Below, one piece after another: positions 63,933-64,000 of a stretch of 64,000 nt of DNA. Source of the stretch: Euglena gracilis (taxonomy: Eukaryota); the NCBI GenBank assembly GCA_039621445.1, contig CP154954.1, forward strand, positions 5,131,955 through 5,195,954. Reading direction: 5' to 3'. Position 1 is the first letter of the stretch; each line of letters opens with the position of its first letter. Below the pieces are notes generated by a model, which searched no databases, was not told the origin of the DNA, and saw only the letters and a list, made by a program, of their open reading frames with translations. The position numbers and the translations under genes are program-made.

Positions 63933-64000
63933 CAGCTGCCAATGGATACCCCCGCCCCACCTCTCTTTTGGGCAGCCTCCTTGGTCCATTTGGGCACCAC

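Overview
Eukaryotic nuclear DNA, almost certainly from a euglenid (Euglenozoa). Short GC3-rich exons lie in a background of MITE-like transposons and microsatellites, and most ORF-track entries are spurious. Four intron-rich genes, all on the + strand, can be assembled by hand: (A) a 5'-truncated GT-A-fold glycosyltransferase-like gene (about 44-6720); (B) a complete SEC14/CRAL-TRIO lipid-transfer gene (9096-16161, 11 exons, 319 aa); (C) a poorly resolved gene starting at 19046; (D) a Pro-rich/coiled-coil/KG-repeat gene (55948-63932+). The reading frames only close if many introns lack GT-AG ends. These introns instead have base-paired termini, mostly in the +4/-6 register (often NNNCAG...CTGNNNNN), i.e. 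euglenid nonconventional introns, mixed with ordinary GT-AG introns in the same gene. The most interesting observation is a set of hAT-like MITEs with CA(G/T)...(C/A/G)TG termini and 8-bp target-site duplications. The 3+5 nt flanking CAG/CTG in the nonconventional intron equal exactly one 8-bp TSD, so such an element inserted in an exon would be spliced out scarlessly, which suggests a concrete intron-generating mechanism. The window also holds nested TA-target MITEs, a TSD-less direct-repeat element, and a possible DIRS-like remnant. All exon boundaries are manual inferences without RNA data.
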